DNA of 64,000 nucleotides, from positions 57,913-121,912 of the forward strand of contig CAYSUJ010000002.1 in NCBI GenBank assembly GCA_964434285.1, given 5' to 3'. The stretch comes from an uncultured Candidatus Saccharibacteria bacterium (GTDB taxonomy: Bacteria; Patescibacteriota; Minisyncoccia; Phycocordibacterales; UBA2100). Positions within the stretch are counted from its first letter, which is position 1; the number at the start of each line of letters is the position of its first letter. The notes beneath the pieces were generated by a model that saw only the letters and a list, made by a program, of their open reading frames with translations, had not been told where the DNA came from and did not search any database. Positions 19,602-28,858 of the stretch are shown here, one piece after another. The translations under genes and the position numbers were made by a program.

Positions 19602-19680
19602 AGACTGTAGTTTGTAGTCGGGGAAATCGGATACAATAGTATCTATGTGCACATTCACTACAGACTACAAACTACAGTCT
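19602..19680. repeat. 18-bp perfect inverted repeat (agactgtagtttgtagtc / gactacaaactacagtct) with a 43-nt spacer, between the two VirB4 parts
   Basis: Read directly from the sequence: arms at 19602-19619 and 19663-19680. Confidence 0.8.
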
Positions 19681-19693
19681 GCAGACTAACCCT

Positions 19694-21643
19694 ATGGGAT
19701 TATTCGATCTTTTTTCAAAAGGGGGGGCGGAACCGGCAGCGGTTTTACCCGTACTTCCAGAAGAAATCTACCGCACAGGCGTGCTTGGTCTTCAAGACGT
19801 CATTGCTCCCCACGCCCTCAAGGTCAATTCACGAGAACTGGACTTGGGCGAGAAAATTGCGCGGACATTCTTTGTGATTTCCTACCCCCGGTTCCTCACG
19901 ACGGGCTGGTTCGCACCCATCATCAATATCGACAAGGTTCTGGATGTTTCAATCTTCGTTCACCCCATGGATACGAACGAGATGCTTCGTAAATTTCAGA
20001 AAAAGGTCGCAGAGGTTCAATCACAGATCTCGACTCGTGAAGAGAAGGGGATGGTGCGTGACCCCGTCCTCGACACGGCCTATCAAGACCTTGAAAAGCT
20101 ACGTGATTCTTTACAACAAGCGCAGGAACGCATCTTTGAAGTGGGGCTTTACCTTACGATTTACGGCAACACCCGCGAAGAAATCGACAAAACCGAGAGC
20201 GAAATCCGCTCTATTCTTGAATCGCGCCTTGTCTACATCCGTCCTGCGTTGTTCCAGCAAGAACAAGGGTTCCGCTCGGTAATTCCGCTCGCAACAGACG
20301 AACTCGGCGTGCATACTAAGCTCAATTCCGCACCACTTTCCTCAATTTTCCCCTTTATTTCATTCGACCTCACGTCCGATAGGGGAATTTTGTATGGCAT
20401 CAACCGCCACAATTCATCGCTTATACTTTTCGACCGTTTCTCACTTGAAAACTACAATTCGGTTACGTTCGCAAAGTCGGGTTCGGGGAAAAGCTATACA
20501 ACTAAACTAGAAATTCTCCGCTCCCTCATGTTTGACACCGAGGTGATCGTGATCGACCCGGAACGCGAGTATGAATACCTCGCAGAGACAGTCGGTGGGC
20601 GTTATTTCAATATCTCACTTTCATCAGAGCACCACATCAATCCGTTTGATCTTGCAATACCGCGCGAAGACGAGTCTCCGGGCGACGTGCTCCGCAACAA
20701 CATCATTACGCTCGTGGGTCTTTTCCGCATTATGCTCGGCGGTTTGACACCAGAAGAAGATGCAATTATTGATAAAGCGATCACCGAAACCTACGCCTTG
20801 AAAGACATCACCGCAGACGCCAACTTCGCTTCTATCGAGCCGCCGCTCCTCTCGGACTTCGAACTCGTGCTCTCTGGCATGGAAGGATCGGAATCTCTCG
20901 TTGCACGTCTTTCAAAGTACACCAAAGGCACCTGGGCAGGATTCATGAACCGCCCAACAAACGTCGACATGAACAAGAAGCTCATCGTCTTTTCTGTGCG
21001 CGACATGGAGGATGATCTGAAGCCCGTCGCCATGTACATCATCACGCACCACATCTGGAACGCCGTGCGCAAAGAACTCCGCAAGCGCCTCCTCGTGATC
21101 GATGAGGCGTGGTGGATGATGAAATCGGAAGACACAGCATCCTTCCTCTTCGGCATCGCGAAGCGCGGCCGCAAATACTATCTCGGCCTCTCAACCATCA
21201 CCCAAGACGTAAATGACTTTCTTACGTCGCCCTACGGAGCGGCCATGATCACCAACTCATCAATCCAGTTACTCCTGCGCCAGTCACCAACATCGGTCGA
21301 TCTCGTCCAGCAAACGTTCAAACTTTCTGATGAAGAAAAGTATCTCCTCCTCGAATCAGATGTGGGGGAGGGGATCTTTTTCGCAGGCTTGAAGCACGTC
21401 GCGATCAAGGTCATTGCCTCGTATACCGAAGACCAAATCATTACCTCTGACCCGTCTCAGATTCTTGCCATCAAAAAGGCCAAGCAGGAACTTGTCGCCT
21501 CGCAAGATGTGCCGCCAACACCTGTCAGCTACGAGGCACGTAGTGCTGCGGCAGACGTACTCAAGAACGCGGAATTAAAGAGTGCGAGTGGGGCAACCCA
21601 GCAAGCTCCTAGTGAGCCCCCGCTCCCGCCCGGTGTTGTATGA
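19694..21643 (+). CDS. type IV secretion/conjugation ATPase VirB4 (TraE/TrsE-type), ATPase domain
   Basis: Walker A FAKSGSGKSYT and Walker B LLVIDEAWWMM. The region YPRFLTTGWFAPIIN is typical of Gram-positive-type VirB4. 649 aa. Confidence 0.8.
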   Translation: MGLFDLFSKGGAEPAAVLPVLPEEIYRTGVLGLQDVIAPHALKVNSRELDLGEKIARTFFVISYPRFLTTGWFAPIINIDKVLDVSIFVHPMDTNEMLRKFQKKVAEVQSQISTREEKGMVRDPVLDTAYQDLEKLRDSLQQAQERIFEVGLYLTIYGNTREEIDKTESEIRSILESRLVYIRPALFQQEQGFRSVIPLATDELGVHTKLNSAPLSSIFPFISFDLTSDRGILYGINRHNSSLILFDRFSLENYNSVTFAKSGSGKSYTTKLEILRSLMFDTEVIVIDPEREYEYLAETVGGRYFNISLSSEHHINPFDLAIPREDESPGDVLRNNIITLVGLFRIMLGGLTPEEDAIIDKAITETYALKDITADANFASIEPPLLSDFELVLSGMEGSESLVARLSKYTKGTWAGFMNRPTNVDMNKKLIVFSVRDMEDDLKPVAMYIITHHIWNAVRKELRKRLLVIDEAWWMMKSEDTASFLFGIAKRGRKYYLGLSTITQDVNDFLTSPYGAAMITNSSIQLLLRQSPTSVDLVQQTFKLSDEEKYLLLESDVGEGIFFAGLKHVAIKVIASYTEDQIITSDPSQILAIKKAKQELVASQDVPPTPVSYEARSAAADVLKNAELKSASGATQQAPSEPPLPPGVV

Positions 21644-22647
21644 GGGTCATAATCGTAGCACTCGCACTTCTCATCGCGCTTCCCGTGCATGCACAATCAT
21701 TTGTGACCGGTATTGAACGTACGCTTTCCATTACTACCACCCCCGCCTTTCCAACAGCAGGCGAGCCGGTGACGCTTTCGCTTGATGGCTACGCCGTTGA
21801 TATTGATCGCAGTATGGTCGTATGGTACGTGGATGAAAAGGAGATAAAACGGGGGTCAGGACTGCGCACCCTTGAAGTACAGGCGCCACCAATCGGTTCG
21901 GAAAAAAGGGTGCGCGCAGTAGCAGAAGAACCGTCAGGAATTCTGGCAACGGGCGAAGCAGCGCTACGCCCAGGATCCGTAACACTCATGTGGGAAGCAG
22001 ATTCGTACACTCCACCATTCTATCGAGGAAGGGCGCTTCCTGGATCCCAAAGCCCCATCCGCGCACAGGCGGTTCCCGATCTTCGACGCGACGCGGCTCG
22101 CATACCGACCAACGACATTGTTTTTACATGGCTTCGAGATGGCGCTCGGTTTGCCTCGGGTCGCGGGCTCACCTCAGTCACTTTTGCCGGACCGTCGCTA
22201 TTCGATATGGATAGAATTACTGTGGTTGCGGAATCGCTTGATGGCACCATCGTCGCTCGTGATGAAACAAATCTCCGAGGAGCCGACCCTAAAATAGAAC
22301 TATATGAGCACCATCCACTTTTTGGCACACTATACCACCGCGCGTTTGTGGGAACCGTTATAAATAGGGAAGCCGAACAAAAATTTGCCGCCGTGCCATT
22401 TTTTGCACCCCACTCACCACGTGATCCGAACCTTATATACAAATGGATGGTGAACACCACACCAATCGAACCGGGACCTACGACACCCGATATACTCACC
22501 ATCCGCCGCGAAGATGCCTTCGCAGGCATCATCACGATCGGACTGACACTCACGAGTATTTCTAACATATTCTTCCAAGCAACCAATGCATGGACCGTAC
22601 ACCTCTCAAGTGATGTGGTATCCAATAATCCATTTCTCGGCCTATGA
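21640..22647 (+). CDS. hypothetical secreted protein (T4SS-like locus)
   Basis: Signal peptide MRVIIVALALLIALPVHAQS. Start overlaps the VirB4 stop (ATGA). Confidence 0.4.
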   Translation: MRVIIVALALLIALPVHAQSFVTGIERTLSITTTPAFPTAGEPVTLSLDGYAVDIDRSMVVWYVDEKEIKRGSGLRTLEVQAPPIGSEKRVRAVAEEPSGILATGEAALRPGSVTLMWEADSYTPPFYRGRALPGSQSPIRAQAVPDLRRDAARIPTNDIVFTWLRDGARFASGRGLTSVTFAGPSLFDMDRITVVAESLDGTIVARDETNLRGADPKIELYEHHPLFGTLYHRAFVGTVINREAEQKFAAVPFFAPHSPRDPNLIYKWMVNTTPIEPGPTTPDILTIRREDAFAGIITIGLTLTSISNIFFQATNAWTVHLSSDVVSNNPFLGL

Positions 22648-23858
22648 AGATCTCCGTTAATCACGATACATTTCGCCTGGTTGGCATCGCCGCCATCGTA
22701 TTTCTCCTTGTAGGCCTTGGTGGGTGGTATGTGTTTCTGTCAGGAAGAACGACCGAGGTCGCATTAACAGGTGAATCACGCGGTTTTTCGGTCGGCATCC
22801 CTTCATTTTCAGGAAGTCGCGGATCTACTCTGGAGAACTTAGTGCAAGGTCTTCCACTCAACGAGGAGGTACACGTCGCTACATCATCACATCCTCGCCC
22901 GCCTCGACTATGGCAGGTCAATCAAACACCCGTTGCAGGAGCGGGATTTGTGATACAAGGAAGCACTACACTAATTCGCTTCGTCGAACGATCGAACGGT
23001 CACGTTTTTGATGCAAATGTCGAAACAGGCGAGGTGGCCCGCCGCACAAACACATCACTCGGCACCATATATGATGCACAGATCGGCTCCATAGAAGGCC
23101 TTTTACTCCGCACACTTGATGCCAGTAGTACGGTCCACACGCTTATTGGAGCATTTGGCACCACAACGGAAAACGACCTTCAAGAGTTAAACGTAGTAGA
23201 CGTTGGCCCAACTCACACCATCACATTTCGGGGTGATACACCTCTTTTACTTGTGGGAGATACGGAGAGCCGCCTTGTTGCCTCCACAACAAACTCAAAG
23301 GAACGGGCGCTCTTCACATCACCTATTCGTAAGTGGCACATTACACGCGCCGACCCTCTCATTGTCGCGGAGCCCGCAGCAAGTGGCATTCTCGGTAGCG
23401 CATTCAGCGTCGGCACAGGAGGAGTTTTAACAAACGTTGCCACAAAAAAAGGGCTTACCATTGCAGCACATCCTGAGAGTAATGTGTTTCTGGTGGGGGA
23501 AGAGGGCGAGAACCTTGCGCTCTCGGTCCTGTCAGGGACTACTACACGATCGCTGAGCATCCAAACTATTGCTGAAAAGTGCATATGGGCTCCGGGGAGA
23601 GCACTCATTGCCTACTGCGCCGTCCCCAAAGAAGCGCCGAAGTCCGGATTTCTCGACGCTTGGTACCGCGGCGCAACTCATACCAGTGACCGATGGTACA
23701 CTGTCGAATCCGCAACGGGAGCAAGTGAAATACTCTATACACCCAGTGAAGATATCGAGCTTGATGTAGAATTTCCAGCAATCGATGAAAGCGCGCGCTA
23801 TATGCTCTTCATAAATGCTCGTGATAAATCCCTCTGGGCATTGCGAATCTATGAATAA
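22644..23858 (+). CDS. hypothetical membrane-anchored protein (T4SS-like locus)
   Basis: N-terminal TM LVGIAAIVFLLVGLGGWYVFL. 404 aa. Start overlaps the previous stop. Confidence 0.4.
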   Translation: MKISVNHDTFRLVGIAAIVFLLVGLGGWYVFLSGRTTEVALTGESRGFSVGIPSFSGSRGSTLENLVQGLPLNEEVHVATSSHPRPPRLWQVNQTPVAGAGFVIQGSTTLIRFVERSNGHVFDANVETGEVARRTNTSLGTIYDAQIGSIEGLLLRTLDASSTVHTLIGAFGTTTENDLQELNVVDVGPTHTITFRGDTPLLLVGDTESRLVASTTNSKERALFTSPIRKWHITRADPLIVAEPAASGILGSAFSVGTGGVLTNVATKKGLTIAAHPESNVFLVGEEGENLALSVLSGTTTRSLSIQTIAEKCIWAPGRALIAYCAVPKEAPKSGFLDAWYRGATHTSDRWYTVESATGASEILYTPSEDIELDVEFPAIDESARYMLFINARDKSLWALRIYE

Positions 23859-24258
23859 AATTGCCCAAGGTTCCACAACAGTCACCCCATTTCCTGGAGG
23901 AGGTTCCGTTGGCACCCAAGTGCCCACAAATCAAATTCGCCCACTGAGCCAGCTTTTTGACCAAAACTCGTCGCTCGCCGACTTCTTCCAAGCGCTTTTT
24001 TATACCGCAATCGCGGTCGGCGCGACGCTCGCTGTCTTACGGCTTGGATACGCCGGATTCTTATACATGGGCGGCGATTCCTTTGGAAAAATATCCGAAG
24101 CAAAGAGAATCATGCAAGATGTTGTGGTTGGCCTCCTCCTCTTACTCGCCGTATATGTCATCCTTAATCAGATCAACCCTGACATCCTGAATCTCGACGT
24201 CTTGCGCAGCGTCCAGTCATCGCAGCAAGCTCCGGCAACAAATACGTTTACACAGTAG
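23851..24258 (+). CDS. small two-helix hydrophobic protein, VirB2/TrbC pilin-like candidate
   Basis: Two hydrophobic segments (ALFYTAIAVGATLAVLRLGYAGFLYM and VVVGLLLLLAVYVILNQI) in a ~135-aa protein at the end of the T4SS-like operon. Start ATG 23851 overlaps the upstream stop. Confidence 0.35.
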   Translation: MNKIAQGSTTVTPFPGGGSVGTQVPTNQIRPLSQLFDQNSSLADFFQALFYTAIAVGATLAVLRLGYAGFLYMGGDSFGKISEAKRIMQDVVVGLLLLLAVYVILNQINPDILNLDVLRSVQSSQQAPATNTFTQ

Positions 24259-24721
24259 CGTCGCTCGTGTAGCGAATAACGACACGGCGAGAGCGCCCCT
24301 CACCTTGAGACTCAGTCTTTATATTGGGTGCGTCCTGGAGTGTGGTGTGGACAATAAGGCGTTCGTACGCACTCATGGGGGACAGCTCAACGTCATACTG
24401 AAACGACCGCGCACGCTCGGCCATCATCAAGGCCTTCGTCTGTAAATCGCGAATTTGACGCGAACGATAGTCATTTACATCGACGAGAAAGTGCGGCTCC
24501 TCCCCGGTCTCTCCAGCCTTGGCCCGGTTATGCTCCACAATGCGCTTCACAAGATAATCGAGGGCGTGGACGGTGTCGCCGTGGGTTCCTATAAGTGCTT
24601 TCCCGTCGGGCGCATTCACCGAGAGCACCATCTGTCCAGCGATATCTATTTCGGTCACATCAGAGTAGGGAATCCCAATTGCGTCGAGAAGGGAGTGAAG
24701 AATCGACTGCGGAGATTGCAT
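24248..24721 (-). CDS. jag: Jag/KhpB-like RNA-binding protein (KH + R3H domains)
   Basis: R3H-like motif region and the conserved position downstream of yidC. 157 aa. Confidence 0.7.
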   Translation of the reverse strand: MQSPQSILHSLLDAIGIPYSDVTEIDIAGQMVLSVNAPDGKALIGTHGDTVHALDYLVKRIVEHNRAKAGETGEEPHFLVDVNDYRSRQIRDLQTKALMMAERARSFQYDVELSPMSAYERLIVHTTLQDAPNIKTESQGEGRSRRVVIRYTSDATV

Positions 24722-24762
24722 ATCCTCCTTGTATCACAATTCCAGTGGCGAACCAAGTTGTG

Positions 24763-25497
24763 CTACACCTTGTTTTGTTTTAAACCGCGCCCCATGAGTA
24801 ATTCTTGACCAATCATAAAAATGTTGCTGGTCGCCCAGTAGAGGGGGAGAGCGGCTGAAAGACTGTATGAAATGGCGGTAAACAAGACAGGGAGGACATA
24901 ACGCGCTTGTAAGTCGAAGCTGCGCGCCATATCAGCAGAAAACGAGGCCTCTTCGGTATGCATTTTCGGCTGACGCGGCCCCATGGAGAGGCGTGTGTAG
25001 ATATATTGGGTCACACCAGTAAGAAGCGCCAAAAGAAGGCTCCTTTCGCCCATGTCTATCAGACCAAGAAACGACATGTCTACCTTCGGCGGTGCAGGTA
25101 TAAAACCGTAGAGAATTTCGCTATTAATGGCCGGCAATCCACCTTTCCAAAAGACCCAGTACAGTCCGAAAAGTATGGGAAGTTGGAGGAGAACGAGGAA
25201 AAATGTCGAAAAGGGGCGTATACCCCTCTCCTTATAGAGTGCGAACATGGCGCGCGCCTGCTCTTCCTGATTATCCTTGTATTTCGTTTTAAGCGCCTCC
25301 ATCTCCGGCGCAATCGCACGCATTGCGACCTGTGTACGTATAGCCTGTCGTGAGAGGGGAATGAGGAGTACTTTAACGGCGAGCGTGAGAATGATGACGG
25401 CAATACCCACATCGTGCCCAGGCACGATGTCTATGAGATACACGAGGGCATTATACAGCGGCTCGTAGATTCCCTCGTTGAATGCCGCGCGAAACAT
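24763..25497 (-). CDS. yidC: membrane protein insertase YidC (short Gram-positive/Oxa1-like form)
   Basis: Conserved YidC core with multiple TM helices. 244 aa. Sits in the canonical rnpA-yidC-jag context. Confidence 0.85.
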   Translation of the reverse strand: MFRAAFNEGIYEPLYNALVYLIDIVPGHDVGIAVIILTLAVKVLLIPLSRQAIRTQVAMRAIAPEMEALKTKYKDNQEEQARAMFALYKERGIRPFSTFFLVLLQLPILFGLYWVFWKGGLPAINSEILYGFIPAPPKVDMSFLGLIDMGERSLLLALLTGVTQYIYTRLSMGPRQPKMHTEEASFSADMARSFDLQARYVLPVLFTAISYSLSAALPLYWATSNIFMIGQELLMGRGLKQNKV

Positions 25498-25515
25498 CCG
25501 CGCATTGTAGCGCGG

Positions 25516-25866
25516 TTACTGACGAGTGCCAGAGGGAGTAATGTGCACTTTGTTCAGAAGCGTATTGATATCCTCGCGAAGCTGCGCCATCGACGTCCGC
25601 AAACTGCCATTTTTAGCATACGCAATCATGACCATGCCCGGGGGGAATAATGAATATACGTCTCGAAATATGGCTCTAACGCGACGCTTTACTCGATTCC
25701 GATCAACAGCATGTCGCGCAACCTTTTTGGATACCACACATGCAAAACCCGATCGCGACCTCCCCGGCACGACACCAATGGCGAGAGTAATATACGGTCC
25801 CGAAACCCGCCTCTTTATCTGTAGACGGGTAAAATCATGCCGTGAAAGCCTATAGGGGGCAGACAT
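25516..25866 (-). CDS. rnpA: ribonuclease P protein component
   Basis: RnpA motif KKVARHAVDRNRVKRRVR. The start codon overlaps the rpmH stop (TAATG). Confidence 0.85.
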   Translation of the reverse strand: MSAPYRLSRHDFTRLQIKRRVSGPYITLAIGVVPGRSRSGFACVVSKKVARHAVDRNRVKRRVRAIFRDVYSLFPPGMVMIAYAKNGSLRTSMAQLREDINTLLNKVHITPSGTRQ

Positions 25867-26000
25867 TAGGCGGCGAGGCGTGCGCGTCCCTTGCGCAAGC
25901 GACGCTGGATGACGCGTCGGCCGTTTTTGGTAGCAAGACGGGCGCGATACCCGTGTGTTCGAGCGCGCTTTCGTTTCTTTGGCTGGTAGTTTCGCTTCAT
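25866..26000 (-). CDS. rpmH: 50S ribosomal protein L34
   Basis: Hand translation gives [44 protein letters not shown]. It is below the 60-aa ORF-track threshold. Confidence 0.9.
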   Translation of the reverse strand: MKRNYQPKKRKRARTHGYRARLATKNGRRVIQRRLRKGRARLAA

Positions 26001-26057
26001 GCGGAGACTATAGCCTAAAAAGCCACTTTTTCCAAGCCCGCCTCGATATCCCCAGTG

Positions 26058-26066
26058 TTATACACA
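26058..26066 (+). promoter_or_regulatory. DnaA box (TTATACACA, matches TTATNCACA) in the rpmH-dnaA intergenic region
   Basis: 9-mer read directly from the sequence, upstream of dnaA. Confidence 0.45.
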
Positions 26067-26187
26067 GGTTGTAAACACTTCCTCACTGTGTCACAACCAC
26101 TTCACGAGCAGAGACGCACGCGTATAATAGCCACACTATGCGTGCGTGCATATCGTTTGTATGTGATCTCCATAGTGCTCTCTCACT

Positions 26188-27537
26188 ATGATAAGCAACA
26201 GAGAACTTTGGCAAAATGCGCTCGTCCAAATTGAACTTGGTACATCTGAGGCTAGTTTTCGTACATGGTTTCGAAACACAGACATCGTATCGCGGGATAG
26301 TAACGTGATTCAACTCGCAGTACCCTCTAAAATTGTGAAGGAGTGGTTGATGGAAAAGCACCATAAACTCATTCTCGGAACGCTGCGCTCTCTCGATAAC
26401 ACGGTGCGCACCGTCGAATACGTGGTCAACCGTTCTGTGGGTGAACCACGACGCGTTGAAAAAACGGCTCAACCACAAGCAAACACTTCGATTGACCTCG
26501 GACAGCTCTACATCGATAAGCGGGATAACCTCAACCCCCGTTATACCTTTGAGACATTTGTTGTTGGCCCCTTTAATCAGCTCGCCCACGCCGCTGCAAA
26601 AGCAGTTATTGAACGCCCGGGGCTCGCCTATAATCCCTTTTTCGTCTATGGCGCGAGTGGCCACGGTAAGACGCACCTCATTCAGGCAATAGGGAACTAC
26701 TTCAAGAAAACACATACGAACAAAAAGGTATTTTATGTTTCCTCCGAACGCTTTGCGGTCGACTTCATTAATGCCGTTTCTCGCGGCCGCGCCAACGAAT
26801 TCAAAGATCAGTACCGTCAATATGACGTCCTCATTATGGACGACGTCCAGTTCATGGCAGAGAAAGAGCGCACACAGGAAGAGTTATTTCACCTCTTCAA
26901 CGCGATGCATGACAATAATAAGCAAATAATTTTCTCTTCAGATAAGCACCCAATGCTCCTCCCAGGCTTTGAAGACCGGGTGCGCGGACGACTCTCAGCC
27001 GGCGTCATCATGGAAATTCCAGAACCTGATGTGGAGTCACGAATCGCAATTATCAAGGCAAAAATCGATCAGCTCGGCTTTAGTCTCCCGGACGACATCA
27101 TCACACACATAGCCGAAACAGTGCGCGGCAATATTCGCGAGCTTGAAGGAATCATCAACATGATTGTGTGTAAGTCCCAATTGAAGGGGAAGGCGATTAC
27201 ATTGCCGGATGTGCGAACGCTCATTAAACATAACGTCCGCCCCTCAAAAGGCGTTTCAGTGGAAGAGGTGGTGCGCCGTATTGCGCAGTACTACGAAGTG
27301 GCTGAGAAGAGTATCTATGAGAAAACGCGCAAAAAAGAAGTGGTGAAGCCACGTCAAATCATCATGTACATCCTCAGAGAGGAATTTAACGTCTCATATC
27401 CTTCTATAGGGGAGAAACTCGGCGGCCGCGACCACACCACCGTCATACACTCGTGCGAAAAAATAAAGGATGAGGTAAAAAAGAGCACCTCTCTTGATCA
27501 GGAGCTTGAGCATATCCGCACCTTGGTGCACGCATAA
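26188..27537 (+). CDS. dnaA: chromosomal replication initiator DnaA
   Basis: AAA+ Walker A GASGHGKTHL, Walker B VLIMDDVQF, sensor and box VII regions, and a C-terminal DNA-binding domain. 449 aa. Confidence 0.95.
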   Translation: MISNRELWQNALVQIELGTSEASFRTWFRNTDIVSRDSNVIQLAVPSKIVKEWLMEKHHKLILGTLRSLDNTVRTVEYVVNRSVGEPRRVEKTAQPQANTSIDLGQLYIDKRDNLNPRYTFETFVVGPFNQLAHAAAKAVIERPGLAYNPFFVYGASGHGKTHLIQAIGNYFKKTHTNKKVFYVSSERFAVDFINAVSRGRANEFKDQYRQYDVLIMDDVQFMAEKERTQEELFHLFNAMHDNNKQIIFSSDKHPMLLPGFEDRVRGRLSAGVIMEIPEPDVESRIAIIKAKIDQLGFSLPDDIITHIAETVRGNIRELEGIINMIVCKSQLKGKAITLPDVRTLIKHNVRPSKGVSVEEVVRRIAQYYEVAEKSIYEKTRKKEVVKPRQIIMYILREEFNVSYPSIGEKLGGRDHTTVIHSCEKIKDEVKKSTSLDQELEHIRTLVHA

Positions 27538-27760
27538 CTATGGGGACAATTCATGAACAACTCATGAATACGTGTGGACAAAATGCAAGAGTTCGTGATG
27601 ATTTTTATATCCCCACCACCACCCCGAAGTTATTATGTGAGTTTTCCCCAGCGATCGAGGTCAAAAAAACACTTAATTTGTTTGGTTTTATAGCCTTTTC
27701 CACCTATACACAGTGCTAATAGTAATAATAAGTATTTCATTAATAAAAATAATACACACT
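27538..27760. promoter_or_regulatory. candidate oriC: dnaA-dnaN intergenic region with DnaA-box-like 9-mers and an AT-rich unwinding element
   Basis: tgtggacaa at 27573-27581 and ctatacaca at 27704-27712, plus an AT-rich run (tagtaataataagtatttcattaataaaaataata) at about 27717-27755. Confidence 0.5.
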
Positions 27761-28858
27761 ATGCATTTCACAGCGACACACGACTCTTTGTTGAAGGCGA
27801 TACATATCGCGGAACGAATCGTTGGTAAAAAAGAGTCACTCCCTGTTCTTTCGTGTGTCGTGCTTGACGTGGGTGGTAGCGAGTGTGTGGTGAAAAGTAC
27901 GAATCTGGAAGCGGGTGTTGAGGTGCGGGTACATGCTGATGTAAAGGAGAAAGGAGTTATTGCGGTTCCTGCTTCAATCTTGTCGCAAACAATTCGTTCT
28001 TCATCGGGTGACAAAATTGTCCTCCGTGTTGATCAGGGTAATCTCCGCGTGGAAGCTAAGGGGTTGAAAACCGTTATAAAAGCGCTGCCTCACGATGAGT
28101 TTCCTTCGATTTCACGCGATACAACAGAAAATACCATTCATATCCCTCGCGAAATCCTTCTCACGCTGCTTCATTCGGTTTCCTATGCGGCGTCGTCCTC
28201 TATGATTCGTCCTGAGTTAGGAAGTGTGTATATTTCAATTGAGAGCGGCGTTTTGACGGCGGTAGCAACAGACTCATTTCGACTCGCTGAAAAAACAACG
28301 ACGCTCAAGGATGATGTTTCAGGTGACGTACTCATCCCATTGAAGCATGTGCAAGAAATCACGCACATTCTGGAGAAATTAGGGGATGCCGACGTAACGC
28401 TTGCGACCAGTGATGCGCAACTCTCACTCACAACGGACGCTGTTGCGTTTGTATCGCGGGTCATTGACGGAACCTTTCCGAACTACAAAGAGATTATTCC
28501 CAAAAAATTCTCGACCGAAGTGACGCTTTTGAAAGCTGATTTTGCTGAGTCGCTCCGAAAGGCGCGCATATTCTCGGGTGCAGATCAACATGTTGGTTTC
28601 CATGTATACCCGAAGAAAAAAGTATTTGATCTCACGGCACAAAGCGCCTCCATTGGCGAGATGTCGGATTCACTTGAGGCAGCGCTCTCAGGTGAGGATG
28701 TTGATGTGAATTTCCATATTGGGTACGTCGCAGACGCACTCCAATCAATCCCTGCAGATTCGATTGTTTTGGGCTTTTCTGGCGCCGGTAAACCACTTGT
28801 TATGCGTGGGGTAGGGGACGACACCTTTACCTATCTTGCGATGCCTTTAAATCGCTAA
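27761..28858 (+). CDS. dnaN: DNA polymerase III beta sliding clamp
   Basis: Position immediately after dnaA and the conserved clamp N-terminus (MHFTATHDSLLKAIHIAERIVGKKESLPVL). ORF track start is 27713; ATG 27761 is the likelier start. Confidence 0.85.
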   Translation: MHFTATHDSLLKAIHIAERIVGKKESLPVLSCVVLDVGGSECVVKSTNLEAGVEVRVHADVKEKGVIAVPASILSQTIRSSSGDKIVLRVDQGNLRVEAKGLKTVIKALPHDEFPSISRDTTENTIHIPREILLTLLHSVSYAASSSMIRPELGSVYISIESGVLTAVATDSFRLAEKTTTLKDDVSGDVLIPLKHVQEITHILEKLGDADVTLATSDAQLSLTTDAVAFVSRVIDGTFPNYKEIIPKKFSTEVTLLKADFAESLRKARIFSGADQHVGFHVYPKKKVFDLTAQSASIGEMSDSLEAALSGEDVDVNFHIGYVADALQSIPADSIVLGFSGAGKPLVMRGVGDDTFTYLAMPLNR

